This document shows, piece by piece, positions 1 to 16,528 of a stretch of 64,000 bases of DNA; the first letter of the stretch is position 1; every line of letters begins with the position of its first letter. Under the pieces are notes generated by a model. It was not told the origin of the DNA. It searched no databases and was given only the letters and a program-made list of their open reading frames with translations. This DNA is from Coniocarpon cinnabarinum (lineage: Eukaryota), in contig JAVECO010000103.1 of NCBI GenBank assembly GCA_051942205.1, forward strand, positions 1 to 64,000. Reading direction: 5' to 3'. A program made the position numbers and the translations under genes.

Positions 1-1415
1 GAGGGTGGGGGGGGGGCAGCAGTCGAGGTGCAGAATGAGAGAACTCTCGACACTCGACACTCGACCACCCACCCACACACATACACGAGCGCGTACCGTA
101 CGTAGGTAGTTCGGTTGCTGCTCGTCTGCTTCGGCTTGCGCTGCTCCAACGCGAATCGCCCACTACTCAGTCGTCCGGTGCACGCGCCTCCCCGGAGAAC
201 GGCGCATGCAACTGTATAATGACAACCGCAGAAATAATGCTCCTCAAGCGCGCCAGCCGATTAGTGAGCGCGCCTGGCGACCTGGACAAGCTGACGCTCG
301 TTCGAGCATGGGCAGCTGCAGATCCCCTGCACGAGCGTGAAAAAGTCAAGTTGAAGCGGCGACGGGGGGCGCACGGGTCTGGGTCGCGGGAGACCATGGG
401 CAGTGCGCAGTAGGCTGCATCAATGGGTGGACTGGACGGTAGAGAGAGGAAGAGAGAGAGAGACATACACAGACACACACATGACAAGAGATGAGATGAG
501 ATTCAAGCAGGCCGCGCCAACTGCCCTCTCCTGCCTCCACCTCCATTCGCACTGGGTGGCACTGCCGGCGACAGCAACGACTCCGTCATCTCCGCATTAC
601 AGTTGGATATACTGCGCAGGCCGCCCCAATGGCATCTCCGGATGGCAAAGGGCGAGGCCAGGTGTGCCTTAGCCGGCGACATGGTCACGCATGGTCTGCT
701 GCACGCTGCACATCCTGCCCTCCTGGGCCATTCAGGCCTTCTTCACTTGCCCTCGACGACGCAATCTGCGCCGAATCGTTGCATCCCCGGCTTCGTCGTT
801 TCACTCAACATTGCCGGACTGGGCGTCGTCAGGGTGTCGGCAAGTCGTGACGTGCGGTCGCTGGCTGTGCATCTGTCTGTCTGCAGCGACGCTCGAACTC
901 TGCAGTCTCCGTCGTCGTGCTCAGCGTGGTTGATCTCTCGTCATGCAGGAAAGTTGCTGCACGCCATTGGACGAGGCAGGGCAGTTTCCCCCACAGTCGT
1001 TGGTCGAGAGCAGAGCACGCCACAGCCATGCCGCATGCTTTCTCCCTGTTGCCCCCCGGCTGTGGCAACTGCATGTGACACGCCGCATGTGCTCTTGTCC
1101 CACATGCACACCAGCTCCTGGCTACTCCTAGCTACTCCTAGCTACCAGCTAACATGGAAACCAGCTCCCGTGGCCAATCCCCGCCCTTCCCGTCGCCGCG
1201 ACTTGCCCTCCCTGCGTCTGCGCGCTACGGCCTGACTCCGGCGTCTGCTCGGCCAATGACAAGACGCTTCTCTCGACTGGCCAGATCTCGTCGAGCGCGC
1301 TGTGTGTCTTGGTGGGCCTCACCCGCAGCGCCACTTGCCCTTAGCACACGAGCATTCAGTAATGATATTCACAACGACTCTCATCGTCCTGGTGCACGGT
1401 CCTGAAGGGATGAAC

Positions 1416-1449
1416 GGATGGATGGATGGATGGATGGATGAATGAATGG
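1416..1449. repeat. (GGAT)n microsatellite grading into (GAAT)n
   Basis: About 6 consecutive GGAT units followed by GAATGAATGG, read directly. Confidence 0.85.
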
Positions 1450-2091
1450 TTGGCATAGACAGATGACGTCGGATGTCGACGCACGTGCCTCCCGCATCGA
1501 TTCTCAATCAATCACCAAACAACACAAACCCAAATGGAGCCCCCATAGGCTACAGCATCCGCTCAAGCTGCACGCTGCCGTCGATGCATCTACCAGTCCT
1601 GAGCACCTTCTATCACCGGGTTGGGTCACCCCGCAATCATCCTCGACGCGGCCATCCAGCTATTATATCGCACCCGGCCTGCAAGCCACTGGCTGCACTA
1701 ACGCCGCAGGGCTCTCTTGTCTTTGCTTAGCTCTCCACGAGCTTCTTGCCCATCCTCCTCTCAGCATGCAGACATTAGTAAAGGCGATTTGTATTATACC
1801 ACGATTGCCGAGCGAGCGATTCATTGCGGTTCTTGATTTTTTCGAATGTAGAAGCATTCTCGAAGACCCACGAGCTCCCACGTATTAATAAAACTTTGCA
1901 TCTATCTTGTGTTCAGATTCATCCTACACAGCACTTTACACACAGAATGTGATGTTGCATCGGCAGCTGGAGCTTTTTTTTTCAATTCATCATGAGCATC
2001 CCTAACTCTGCCCAAATGTCGAGGAGAGGAGGCCCGGACAGATCACGTGCTCATTGGGGAGACATTCCTATGCCCAGCTTGGATATTCCCT

Positions 2092-5193
<3,102 letters not shown>

Positions 5194-5360
5194 TCACATC
5201 AGTGCACACCCCACAGCAACAGCCGACCAGTCGTCTACAGCTCACTCTCAAGGCGACAACAATTTCGAACGATGTTTTTCAAACTTGCGCGTGAAGAATT
5301 ACAAAAGTTCAAAGTAATAAGCCTAAATCATGTGGTACAGCAGCCAGAAGCAAACAATAT

Positions 5361-5367
5361 TGAGTCA
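5361..5367. promoter_or_regulatory. Gcn4/CpcA (cross-pathway control) response element TGAGTCA upstream of ARG5,6
   Basis: Perfect TGA(C/G)TCA about 345 bp upstream of the ARG5,6 ATG; arginine genes are established Gcn4/CPC-1 targets. Function is inferred. Confidence 0.6.
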
Positions 5368-5721
5368 TCGCTTCATTGCTCCTGCAGACTGCCGGTGAGC
5401 ACTCCGCTTTAATGAGCTCATACGCGCTCTAACACGACACGGGGGGAAAATAGCTGTTCTGGAAAAAGTACATATTACTACACATCTCAGCAAGTTGCAA
5501 TAGGAGCATGCCATCCCACTGAAGCATTCATTCGACCAAGCTGCTTCAGTGCAAGGAAACCGCTGCCTTTCAGGCCCTGTCTGTACTCCAAAGATGGCTC
5601 TTGTTCCACCAGCCACAACTCGCATGTAAAGATTCGAGGTCTAGCGACGGAGATCTGTAGGATATCGTGATCGTAAAGGTGTGCTCGAAGTACTGTGGAG
5701 TCCGCTTTCGCTTGGGTCCGC

Positions 5722-6475
5722 TCAGTGATGTTTGCGCGCTTCCACAACTGAAAGCCTGGTCAGCTGTGATGTTCCGAGAAAGCGTTGAAGGAAGCGGGCT
5801 TACCAGATGGCACAATGATGATGACAAGAAGGATAATAATACCGATGATAATGCACATCCGCATTTTCATGTCTTTCCCATTGGTCAGCACAATAGAGCC
5901 TGCAATAAATTATCACGATAATTACCCTTCCACCACATCTGCTTGCGCACCCGGTTAGCACCACGGCGGAATCCTTGCGCTTGATTTGCCAGGCCGTCTG
6001 TCTTGTCCTGCAAAGTGTCGAGACGTTCTCCACGCTGTGAAACTTTGTTGATGTTGTCGCGCATTACCCCGACGGTGTCATCGATTTGCTGGTTGTAGCC
6101 ATGTCAGCAAAATTCTTCAGAGCGTGATAGTACGTGTGCATGATAAAGCGGGAATGGGTGTCGAGGCGCCAATGCTAAGTATCCCTTGAGAGAAATGGTG
6201 GTCTCAAAGCCATGCCAGATGCCCTCTGGGGGAGATTGGCATCCAACTCTGCAAGGGGTTGCCCGTCGATGACCATTTCATGCCTCCTCTTACGCATACA
6301 GTAGTGCGATAGACTGATGCGATGCAGATTAAAGGATCAAGAATCTCTGGGAATGCGCTCAGGGACTGCCACTTACCGCCTGGAGCTGAGCTGTGCGCTG
6401 ATTGCCTCCCTGACCAGCACCTCCCTGGGTGCCGGAGGGGACATATGGATCATACGGCTGCTCGCGATCGGCCAT
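5722..6475 (-). CDS. SNC1: Synaptobrevin/VAMP R-SNARE (Snc1/Snc2, SynA); introns 6089-6376, 5873-5925, 5748-5803; not visible in the ORF track
   Basis: Manual splicing gives [15 protein letters not shown]...[98 protein letters not shown] motif plus C-terminal TM anchor; all introns GT-AG. Confidence 0.96.
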
Positions 6476-6928
6476 GGTGTCTCTCTGTGCTGTCAAAGAT
6501 TGAGGTTTCAGGAGAAAAAGAGGTGATTCTGCTGAGCCTTGGAACGGATGGAATTGGTCGGGGAAGGTACAAGAGGGCGGATCTTAGATGAGGGACACTT
6601 TCAGACTGATCGAATTGATCGCGACAGACGACGAAAGAACCTGATGTGGATGCGAATTGATGGCAGTTTCTTGAGGAAGGTAAAGAAGATTAAAAGGCGC
6701 TGGCGACAAGGAAGTCGACGGGGCCAAGAGATCCAAGCCCCAGCAGGGCGACTACGATCATCACGTGCTCCAACGACTGAGCCACTGCAAATCATCACCT
6801 CGCACAATGTACATGCCAAGACCTCTCTTCCGAACGGTCTTCACTGGATTCATCAGTCGAAATACTAATTTCGATGGAATATCGTCTATGATGCAGCTGC
6901 TAGGCTTGTGAGGAACGTGAGATAAGAC

Positions 6929-9525
6929 ATGTCACCTCCGAACCGTCCCTTCCTGGGCAAACGAAAGGAACCTTCCTTTATGCCTAGTAATAGCAGACAA
7001 CACAAACGCTCCAAGATACAAGATGCTCGAGCTATAGCCTCGCAGACCACTGGAAAGGCATTTGGAAATGGTGAGCTTGACGTTGAGAGATTTGTACAAG
7101 CGCGTGCTTTTGAGATCAAAGCTCTGGAGAAGAGCATCAAGAAATCAAGGTCTGCTCTCAGCACTCGGGCATTTCAGAGCGTCCCAAGAGAGCTTCGGAG
7201 AAGAACAGCAAGCCACAATGTGAAGAGGGTACCGCAACGATTGCGTGCACGTGCTAGCAAGGAGGTAATGTTGTGCTTGGGTAAAACAACAATGTGAGTA
7301 TCAGACTAAATGCAATGCAGATGCGAGAGGACAACACTCCCACTGTCAACTCTCGAACAAGGCAAGCCAAGACATCAGGAAAAGACAGGCTTCGTCTCGA
7401 GATCGCCGGTCGAAAGCATCGCGAAGCCGAGCGCACCAGACTCAGGAAAGCTCGCAAGAGGGAAGCACGAGAGGGTGGATTGGGCGTTGAGCGTGTACGA
7501 CAGTCTCAACTCAACAAATTGCAAAGTGCACCAGTCTCAAAGGCAAAGTTTCGCAAGCGTCAAAGATTCAAGGCGTGGCTACCTACCCATCTGTTCCATG
7601 CAAAGCGTGCACATATGCCGCCGGCCACTTCCCCTCTGTGGCGAATGGCGATTCCATTGTGTCCGACGCAAAAATGCTTCAGACCGACACATCGAGCGGC
7701 GAACGCCAGAGGTGCTATGGCTTGGGACACAAGCTACATGTCTACAATCGGCGTATCAGGCACTCAGAGAAGCATTGTCGGCCTCCTCAAAGGCTTAGGA
7801 GTCGGCAACGGCACAAGCGATTCTTGGTGGACGGGGAAGGCAACTCGCTGGCTCGCTGGCAGCCGCACCTTGGAGGCTTGGGTATACGAACGCGATCGAC
7901 AGCCGAAGCGAGCAATAGCGCCAGTGTCGATACTTTGGCAAGTTAGTGAGCAAGACTCGCTGGATCACATAGGATCTGCAGAACTTGAGGGCATACGGCG
8001 TCGGCTATTCATTCGAGTGCACCCTTCAGCCTTCTTCGAGCTTTGGGACGAACTGTTACGTCTGGCTAAGATTCAGAAGCCAGCCTGTGTTGTGGAAGAC
8101 CTTCGGTTTGAAGTGGGCAGTGTCCAAATCGTTGGACCGGCAGCCGCAGAGGCTTTGGTAGGCACCCTTTGGCCTGTTCTCGACACAGGAAGCCGACGAG
8201 CATCGTCAGAGCAACCCGCAGAAATCTGGTCGAGATTGCGGCATCTGACGACCCCAACACAGCTACCTCAAGGCGCTACGATGGGATTCGACATTATCGA
8301 TCCAAGGTTACATCATCCACCGCGCACTGTCAACAAGCAACTCAGCACTCACGCCCAGCAAGAACTTCTTACGCTGCTCGCTTCATGGCCTGTGGACGTT
8401 ACACAGCCAGCGCAGAGATTGTTCGATCGACGTGCCCGTGTCCTAGCGGACAGGCAACTTCCCAGCCAGAAATCTATCAACCGAAGGAAAGGTTCAGCAC
8501 CACCAGGAGAACATCCAGCATCGGTACCATCGGACCCTTGCATTCCAATAGTTGTCGCCGCTCAAGGGCGCACCAAAGGGAGCCAAGCTACGTGGACGGT
8601 CCTGATGCCATGGAAGTGTGTGTCACCGGTCTGGTATTGTTTAATGTTTTATCCACTTTCAAGTGGAGGGACCATGCGGTTTGGAGGTCTCGAGCAAAGT
8701 CAACAACTCGCTCTTGAAACTGGTACTCCTTGGTTTCCTGGGGATTTCCCTGGAACACAAGCTGGCAAAGCCTGGGAAGATGTTCAGCGGCGAAAGCGCA
8801 AAGCCGACTGGGAGAAGCTGCCCAAAGGAAGGCGAGTTGAGTATGACGGTGTCGAGCTGGGTCATGGTCGCAAAGGCGAGCTTGGTGACGGGTGGGCCTG
8901 TGACTGGGGTTACTTGCTAGCGACAAAGGACGAAAGCGCGGATACTCAGGAGGGTTGGCGGCAGGTCCACCCCTTGGAAGCTGCAAACCATCTACAATCC
9001 AAGACCGCGAACGAGACTGGTATCACGCACGGGCTGTGTGCAGTCAAGATTACGATGATGGGCAAGGGCGTACCAACTACATGCGCACGCGTCTACAGAC
9101 TTCCTACAACAGACACTAGGCTACGACAGGCCTGGTTGGAGAAGATACGAGGGAGCGGAGACCAAGATGAAGCTCGGGCACAGAGAGCGGCATCACAGAA
9201 GCCCGGAGAGGCTGGATTTGTTCATCAAGGACGTCAACGCCTTGCGGCGCTGCTGTTGGACAAGCAAAGCGCACACGCGCAGACACAAAGTGGTTTGCTG
9301 CACGCACCTGAGGAAGAGGATCTCATCGGCTTCATGACATCAGGCAATTTGAATTTGACGGAAGGGAAAGGCACTGGCATCGCCAATATCGCTCTCGATC
9401 TGGTGAGGCGATCGTCGGCCGCCCGGCAGCTGTCGCCAGAAGAACTTGTGGAACATCAACGGGTGTGTATAGTACGCGAGAGTGGACAGTGTCTGCCACG
9501 ACTGGCTCGGTGGGAATTTGCTTAA
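6929..9525 (+). CDS. POP1: RNase P/MRP protein subunit Pop1; intron 7265-7320
   Basis: Motifs RAFEIKALE, FQSVPRELRRRTASHNVKRVP, WLPTHLFHAKRAHM, WDTSY, PWFPGDFPGT, DLIGFMTSGN. GTAATG..CAG intron joins ORFs 6929 and 7294. Confidence 0.95.
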
Positions 9526-11297
9526 AAGCTGAGCTGAGCTGCGGACTACTGCGCCAGGGCACGTGAGCGGTCGCCACTGGTGGCTGTGTTACACGATGCC
9601 GGGCTTTCCCTGGCGATGTTTCGATGAACGGATTTCGCAGCACTCTGGGTTTCAAGACGAGGTAATCGCAGGGCACGGACAATTCCGCACACTCTGGGCC
9701 CATAACACGCTCTCAACGTCCAACGAGGGCAAGCGGGGCCGGCGCGAGCTGATCTCAGGCCGGTCACATGCAAAGCATCTTCGGGTGAGAAGGGCGTTTC
9801 TTCGCGAGCGACGGCGAAGTGTTGACCTGCAGTTGTTGCGCTGAAAACGCGGACCGTCGCTGGCCGTGATTCTAGAAGGAGGAGTCTGATGGCCGCGCAC
9901 GGATTCGAGCAGGCGGAAGTGGAGTAGGTACAAAGTTCCACCATTGGCGAGGAACGGGGGAGTGTCGCCGGACCGAGCCTGAAGCCTGAAGTCAGGGGCG
10001 GGGTAGCCCGATGCATTGGGGGTTTTATACGCGAGAACCCCCCACAGCCCTCACTGACGCCTCAAGCATGTGAAAGCGCAACCCCCTTCGATCTCGTCGG
10101 CGTTGGGTCCGCGAATCTACTGGGGCGCACGCATGCAGACAATAACACCAGCAGCAGCAGACGCGCTCGCGCTTGGAGTGGAGATGGCCTCGCGCCTATC
10201 TGCTGCTCCTTCGGTTCGATGGCGTCCAGCATCTCTGTCGGGCGACTCAGACCAGGTTCACGCCTCACCCACTTGCGTTACACTGGCGCACGCCACCGGT
10301 GCCACGACCATGTCCATCATCAGGTGGCGCGGCGTCAGTGGCAATCACAGTGCACACTGTCGCGAGACGGACATGGCCCCCGCACTTTCGATATTCTCCC
10401 GACTCGTACCCCATTGCCCATTGCCTGCGTGTCACTGGCTCAAGCTGACCACCCTGCATAATGTCAAGTGCTCCTCAGCGGCCTTGCTGCGAGCATCCGA
10501 CGTTTGCGTTCAATGCTCGTCTCTGGTACGTGCGACTGAACACATCCGAACAGTGCACGCATTCGGCGGCCAGAGTCACCAGGTCGAGAATGCCCGCCCT
10601 GAGCTGGCATTGGGTACGCCACTAGCGCACTTCTGTCCGATATACAAAACAAAGTCAATCCTCGTCAGTGGTCCAAGCTTTCTTGCCCCTTTCGGCATAC
10701 CCTCGATGTTGCCCAGCGTCCATCGAATCTTCTCCACTGGACTTTCCACACAAGCTCAGCATTAGCAGAGTGGCTGTGACGCGCACAATTGGCACGCGCA
10801 ACCGACACAATAGCGACGATCCACAAAGTCTGCTGCAGTGACAAGCCGGCCCTGGTCGGTCATGTCTCAAACAGGCACCTCGGCCGGTTGCATTGGGAAA
10901 TGCCAGGCTCGCTAGTGGCTGCGCCAGACGCGGAGAAGACAGACGGCGCATGGAGAAGAGTAACGCGACCGATCAACTCCACTCTGCGTCGGGCTCTACC
11001 GGTCGACTCTTTGCATTGGCCTTGGGACAATGGTTGCAGACTGCCTAGGCAGTTTCCAGCTCCATAATTCCCTGCAATGCCGAGCTCCTCTGCGACGCTG
11101 CAGACCAGGGTTGACCGTCTGGTGGTGGTGCTTCGTCGTGTCCAATGCGCCAGATCTTTTCTTTTCTCTCCTGTCTTGCCATTCCTTTTGCTGTCGCGGC
11201 CCTTTGATCTGGTCGACGCGCCGGGTCTCGTCCTCAATACGCGCAGTCGGTGGTGAATGATAACACCCTGCATCTCCTTCGGCGCATCACCACGACA

Positions 11298-13341
11298 ATG
11301 GCCGCTCAATATTCCACCAGCCCGGGCGTGGCCAACCAGTACGCAGGTCAACATCCCACACTGGCGGCGGCCTCACATCACAATGGCTACGCCCAAAATG
11401 CCACTGGTGGTCACTATGCACAGCACAATGGCAGCCACTTCAATCGCTCCAGCTCCGAAGACAATGGCTCCCCCAACAGCAAGGAGAAGATCGACGGCGA
11501 AGACCTCGAAACTGTTCACACGAATGAACGGGTCGGCAGCCATACCAATTATTATGAGAAGGGTGGCTTGCGCACAGAGGGCGATGGCATGGATCATGTC
11601 GGTTCACACAACAAAGTACGTATCCGAGAAAGGTGGCCCATTGCGTGCACCAGCCCAGCGTAGCTAATTGCGGCGGCCATTAGATGACTTTCCGGACATG
11701 GGGCGCCATCATCGCAATGTGCTTCTTATGGACCGAATCGCAGATTCCTGTATACCTGTTCGGTGGTGTCGTCCCCGAAATCTATGGTGATATTGGAGGT
11801 GTCGACCGATGGATATGGATGATCATTGGCAACCTGATTGCACTGGCTGCCATTTGCCCCTTCACAGGAGCCATCTCAGATCTTATCGGGCGCCGTTATA
11901 TCGCGATTATTGGCTCGCTTCTCATCATTATTGGCATGTGTGTGTCGTCGACGGCCACAAACATGAACAACATGATCGGAGGCATGACAATCGCCGGTGC
12001 GGGTGCGGGAATCAACGAGCTGACGGCCATTGCTGGCACTGCTGAGTTAGTCCCAACCGCTAAGCGTGGACCAATGGTCGGGCTGGTAGTGTTCTCCATT
12101 GTACCATTTTGTCCGTCCATCATGTACGCACAACTCATCACCAAGGCCTCGTCGTGGCGATACGTCGGTCTGCTCTGCGGCGTGTGGGCGTTTGTCGGAC
12201 TGGTCACAACCATTGTGTTCTACTTTCCGCCTAAGCGCTTGAACTCTGAAGGATACTCGAAGAAGAAAATTGCTGGGCGCATCGACTACGTGGGCGGACT
12301 GCTTTCAATATCTGGCGTGCTGCTGTTTACCATGGGCCTGCAATTTGGCGCGGAAGAATACGCCTACACGAATGCACATGTCCTGGTTCCTCTGATCCTC
12401 GGTTTTTTCCTGATCGTAGCGTTCTGTTTCTGGGAGGCCTATGGCACTAGATACCCAATGGTTCCTGGACGGCTAAAGAAAGATCCTCGGGTTCTAGCTT
12501 TGACGCTGGTCATCACCTTCTTTTCGGGCGCCAACTTCTTCGCGCTGCTCTTCTTCTGGCCCACTCAAGCGTACAACGTGTATGGCAATGATCCAGTCGG
12601 TGTCGGAATCCGTGGACTGCCCATTGGATTCTGTATCATCGGTGGGGCAGTCATTGCACTGGTGCTCATTGGTGTTACCAAGGGTCGCATTCGCGCCATC
12701 TTGGTCTTCTTCTCGGCGCTCATGACCGCTGGAACGGGCGCCATGGCCATTGTCAAAGTCTACAATCTGAGCGAAGTTTATATAGCGCTCACCCTTGGTT
12801 CCCTTGGCGTCGGTGGTGTCATCATCCCATGCTCAGTTATCACGACCATCATCTGCCCGGATGATCTGATTGCGACCATCACCGCTTTGACGCTGTCGAT
12901 CCGAGTGATTGGAGGCGCTATTGGCTTCACCATCTACTACAATATCTTTTATCACAAGTTCGTACCTCTGGCTACGCAAATTGTCGGCATCGAAGCTTGC
13001 GCGCAGCAGCTTTTGCTGCTGAATGAAACGCTGGTGACGAATCTGGTGACGGCTGCAGGCAATGGCCAGTTTCAATTGTTGAAGAATATGACCGATCAGT
13101 TTCAAAGTACACCCAACGCATACCCGGTCATCATTGGGGCTACGCAAGTCGCCTTCGCGCAGGCCTACAAGTGGGTATATTATATTTCGATCGCATTTGG
13201 TGGCATCACCTTCATTTGCAGTTGCTTCCTAGGCGACATTAAGAAATACATGGTAGGTTCCACCACAGTTCTGATATAGAATCACAAGACCCCGCTAACA
13301 TTGCTATCCAGGACGATCACGTAGCGGTAGTGTACCACTAG
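11298..13341 (+). CDS. MFS transporter, fungal trichothecene efflux pump (TRI12)-like family; introns 11616-11683 and 13253-13311
   Basis: Many hydrophobic TM segments, MFS motif GAISDLIGRR, ELVPTAKRG, RIDYVG. Splicing adds a hydrophilic N-terminus and the end KKYM|DDHVAVVYH*. Confidence 0.9.
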
Positions 13342-13731
13342 TGATTACATACGTATATGACAAGAATGACCGTTTTACGATAGATGAGTCTCAGTATCCG
13401 CCTGGCTTGCGGACCCTGTACCCATCTTTGTACATAGCTCAACACGATACTGGAGTAGACCTGTCACATCTGAGACATGAGGGACAGAGTCGCTCCATTG
13501 TACATAAATGTCTAATAATCGCAGTATGCAAAATATTGATTCAGTCTTGTCACTTGCAGCTTTGGAACTGCGAGCCACTCACTCTCTCCATGAGCGTCAC
13601 ATTTCTACCCTGTCCCCATCGCATCCCATCCATTCCACAATGCCTAGACGACGACGCCGTCGAGTCTTGCATGGCCTGACCACTGAGACGCTATTGATCC
13701 AATTCCTTTCTGTTACCCTCGACGTACCTCT

Positions 13732-14451
13732 ATGCCTTCGCTGTCGCCGCTGCACCTTATAAAGCACCGCCCGTTATCCCGGGCGAACACAGTGAAGCTA
13801 CGACATCTTCTGACAGCTCCAAGAAATTTGTCCGCGTCTTCGTCTCCCAGGAAATCACATACTTCAGCCAGACGGCGATCCAGAGTTGCACTCGGCCCAC
13901 CATCAAAGACCAACTCCGCGACTCGCCCGTCTGTGAAGCCACCATTTGTCGATTCATCTAACGAGACTTCTAGCGCCTCAGATACAGCAAATTCTCGAGC
14001 TCGTCTCTCTCGCCCCCGTGCTGTTCTCTACACCCTCGGTTTCGCGGCTACGACTGCCATGGCGGCGATCTATGGCGCGGGGTTGAAGACGAGACAGCAA
14101 CAGTCTGAAGCTCTCTCCAAAATCAAAGACCCCTCTCAATCCATAAACACCACTGCATCGGAGTCAACCGCAACAGACTCTCCCGCAACATCCACCATCA
14201 CAACACCCTCCACGCAAAGGGCAGAAACTGGTGAAGGCAAGGCTGAAGCAGAGAGCGAAGAAATGAGAAAAGAGAAGAGGTTACAAGAACAGAAGGCGGA
14301 GAAAACGAGAACGGAACGGATTGAGATGCTGGAGATGAGAAGGAGGCGGCTTGACGGGCAGAGGAGGGAGCTGGAGGGGAAGATTGGGGAGTTGCAAGGG
14401 AGAATTGAGAGCAGGGCGAAAGAAGAGGTCAGAGCTGAAGGAGCTGGATGA
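13732..14451 (+). CDS. Hypothetical protein, probably mitochondrial: basic presequence-like N-terminus, one TM segment, C-terminal coiled coil
   Basis: 239-aa ATG ORF; hydrophobic segment VLYTLGFAATTAMAAIYGAGLK; E/R/K-rich heptad tail (ERIEMLEMRRRRLDGQRRELEGKIGELQGRI). Confidence 0.75.
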   Translation: MPSLSPLHLIKHRPLSRANTVKLRHLLTAPRNLSASSSPRKSHTSARRRSRVALGPPSKTNSATRPSVKPPFVDSSNETSSASDTANSRARLSRPRAVLYTLGFAATTAMAAIYGAGLKTRQQQSEALSKIKDPSQSINTTASESTATDSPATSTITTPSTQRAETGEGKAEAESEEMRKEKRLQEQKAEKTRTERIEMLEMRRRRLDGQRRELEGKIGELQGRIESRAKEEVRAEGAG

Positions 14452-16115
14452 ACATGGGTTTGGTCTATCAAATGAACTCAAGATGGTTGAAATTATGAAG
14501 ATGTCTATCTAAGACACCATCACAAACTACTCTATGTTCGACATTGATCACCACACATCTACGGAATGCTGAATCAAAGATTGAATTCAACAGGGATCCG
14601 CATCTAAGATCGCAAAGAGCATGAGAGAAGCCGAAAATGACAACGCACGAAGAAGTCACACTGACGAGCAAGATCCGCTTTCGACTGCGATCACAAGACG
14701 GAGGAGATTCGGATCACTATGAGTGAAGGAAATTTACAAAGCATAGAAAGCGCAGCGCTGCTTGCATTAAGTGAACAGTGCCGACAGCGTCAGGAACACG
14801 AGAAAAAGAATCACCCCAGAATGTCAAGAACTACAAAACTAAGGAACCTGTCTCGAAACGTCCAAGACGTCTTGGATCTCCAAAGAAACTATGGGACGTG
14901 TGTGTACCGCCATGTCCAGCAGGTACCGTTCCTGCTCGCAGCAACCTGCCGCCCACAAAGTGCTCGTTCCGACGTCTTCCGCCTCGGCGTGAACTTCAAT
15001 TACCTTGTCTCATCTTACGTTGCTGGATTTTCAGTGGGGCGGGACTCCGTCCACTGTCACAGCCCATCTGTCTAGCCTTGCAGTCCGCCCTGCTCAACTT
15101 GCTGAGTATGTTTCAAGCACCGAGACTGTGTTCGTGCGGGAATTGGTAAGATTGCTGCGACGCGCGAAATGGTGTAGTGACTGAGCGGTTCGAATTGCTG
15201 CGAGAGGCTGTGTGAACTTGAGGCGGTTGGAGCGCGAAGTGCTCAGGTTGCTGCTTGGCCTTTCAAGGGCAGGGAAATCCACGATTCGTAGTGAACAATA
15301 TGGTCGTCTCGCGGGGATTTCTGTTCGATAAAAGTAAAGTCACAGAACGGCGCGATAAGCGTCGGTGGTACAGCGAGAATCTCCGACAAATTAGCAATCA
15401 GGATAAGATTACAACCTTGGACGCACCTAGAAAGAGTAATCCTTACTAAGAACACGCACATGTGGGTTGCAGCAGGACTCGTGTCCAAAGCGTTACGCCG
15501 AAACCGTCATTTCGCTACAATGCAAGAGTACTGCAGAGGTTTAAAGGTAAAGAATGAGGTCGAAAGTGCTGTTCCATAGCAAATTGGTGATATAGAATAA
15601 ATCTACGCTAGCTTTTACTTAAACGATCTTAAAAATAAATCTCTATAATACACTTCTTTTCTTAATTTTGTATATAAATATAAGTAAGCGTTGCTCTTGC
15701 GTGGGAAGTCACGTTAATAGCACTTCCATACTAACAATTATACCACTGTGATATAGCCGAGACATCCTCGCACGTCTTCCACGTCTCGTATACCCCAAAA
15801 GTAGACGCAGAAATAGCTGAAGTCTCGTTACGATATGTCACATCAACCTCCAAACACGCACTGCACTCGCTACAAACACTAAGAGAATGAATCATCACTT
15901 ACACGAGACCGCAAGTCTCTGTTGCTGTTAAGACTCGCCGATCTCAAGCGAAGCACTGTTTCTTGATGTAATATCTTGATATGTTGTCCTCAGAACAAGA
16001 TGATACAGTGAAGACCGTCACCAGATTTCTACTCTAGAAGACATCTGTGGATTCTGAGAAGGGAAGACACGATTGTCGCGTTAGAGGCGTAGCTTTGGTG
16101 TTAAAAATGCTTAGC

Positions 16116-16171
16116 GAAGGTTGCTGAGGGAAGGTTGCTGAAGGAAGGTTGCTGTGGAAAGGTTGCTAAGG
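16116..16171. repeat. 14-bp minisatellite (GAAGGTTGCTGAGG-like) x4
   Basis: Four adjacent units sharing AAGGTTGCT, downstream of the large minus-strand gene. Confidence 0.8.
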
Positions 16172-16528
16172 GCTGAAATGGACTTGAGAGATAGGGAGAT
16201 GCCTCCTAGACTGCTTTGCTTTGCTTGTGTTGCCGATGAGTACTTGAGATTGACATTTCATATCTGTCATTGACATTGACGTCGATTTTGAATTTGACAT
16301 TCAAACAAAATTCGTAATGAGTGACTATCGTACGACGTGGGTATCATAACGAATGACTGGGTATCTTTCCCTTCCGAACTTTCCCTTGCCTTTCACAGGC
16401 CTCAGTGTGCATAACCGTGAACGCCGTGCATATCGCAAAATGAAGTAGCAAATGCTGTGTCCCTTCAGCGCAATCCCAAGTAGCTCGAACGAAGTGTGTA
16501 TCAGATCATTCCAACCCATCCACGTCCA

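Noticed and set aside
167..1900. Many overlapping 60-210 aa ORFs
   Set aside because: GC-rich, microsatellite-containing region with no motif or coherent splice model; likely promoter/UTR of a gene outside the window.
9546..10100. Possible RNase P/MRP RNA or a 156-aa ORF next to POP1
   Set aside because: No conserved P4 boxes seen; ORF has no recognisable features.
14468..15500. Short ORFs (e.g. 14719-15075)
   Set aside because: No domain, frequent stops in adjoining frames, no consistent gene model.
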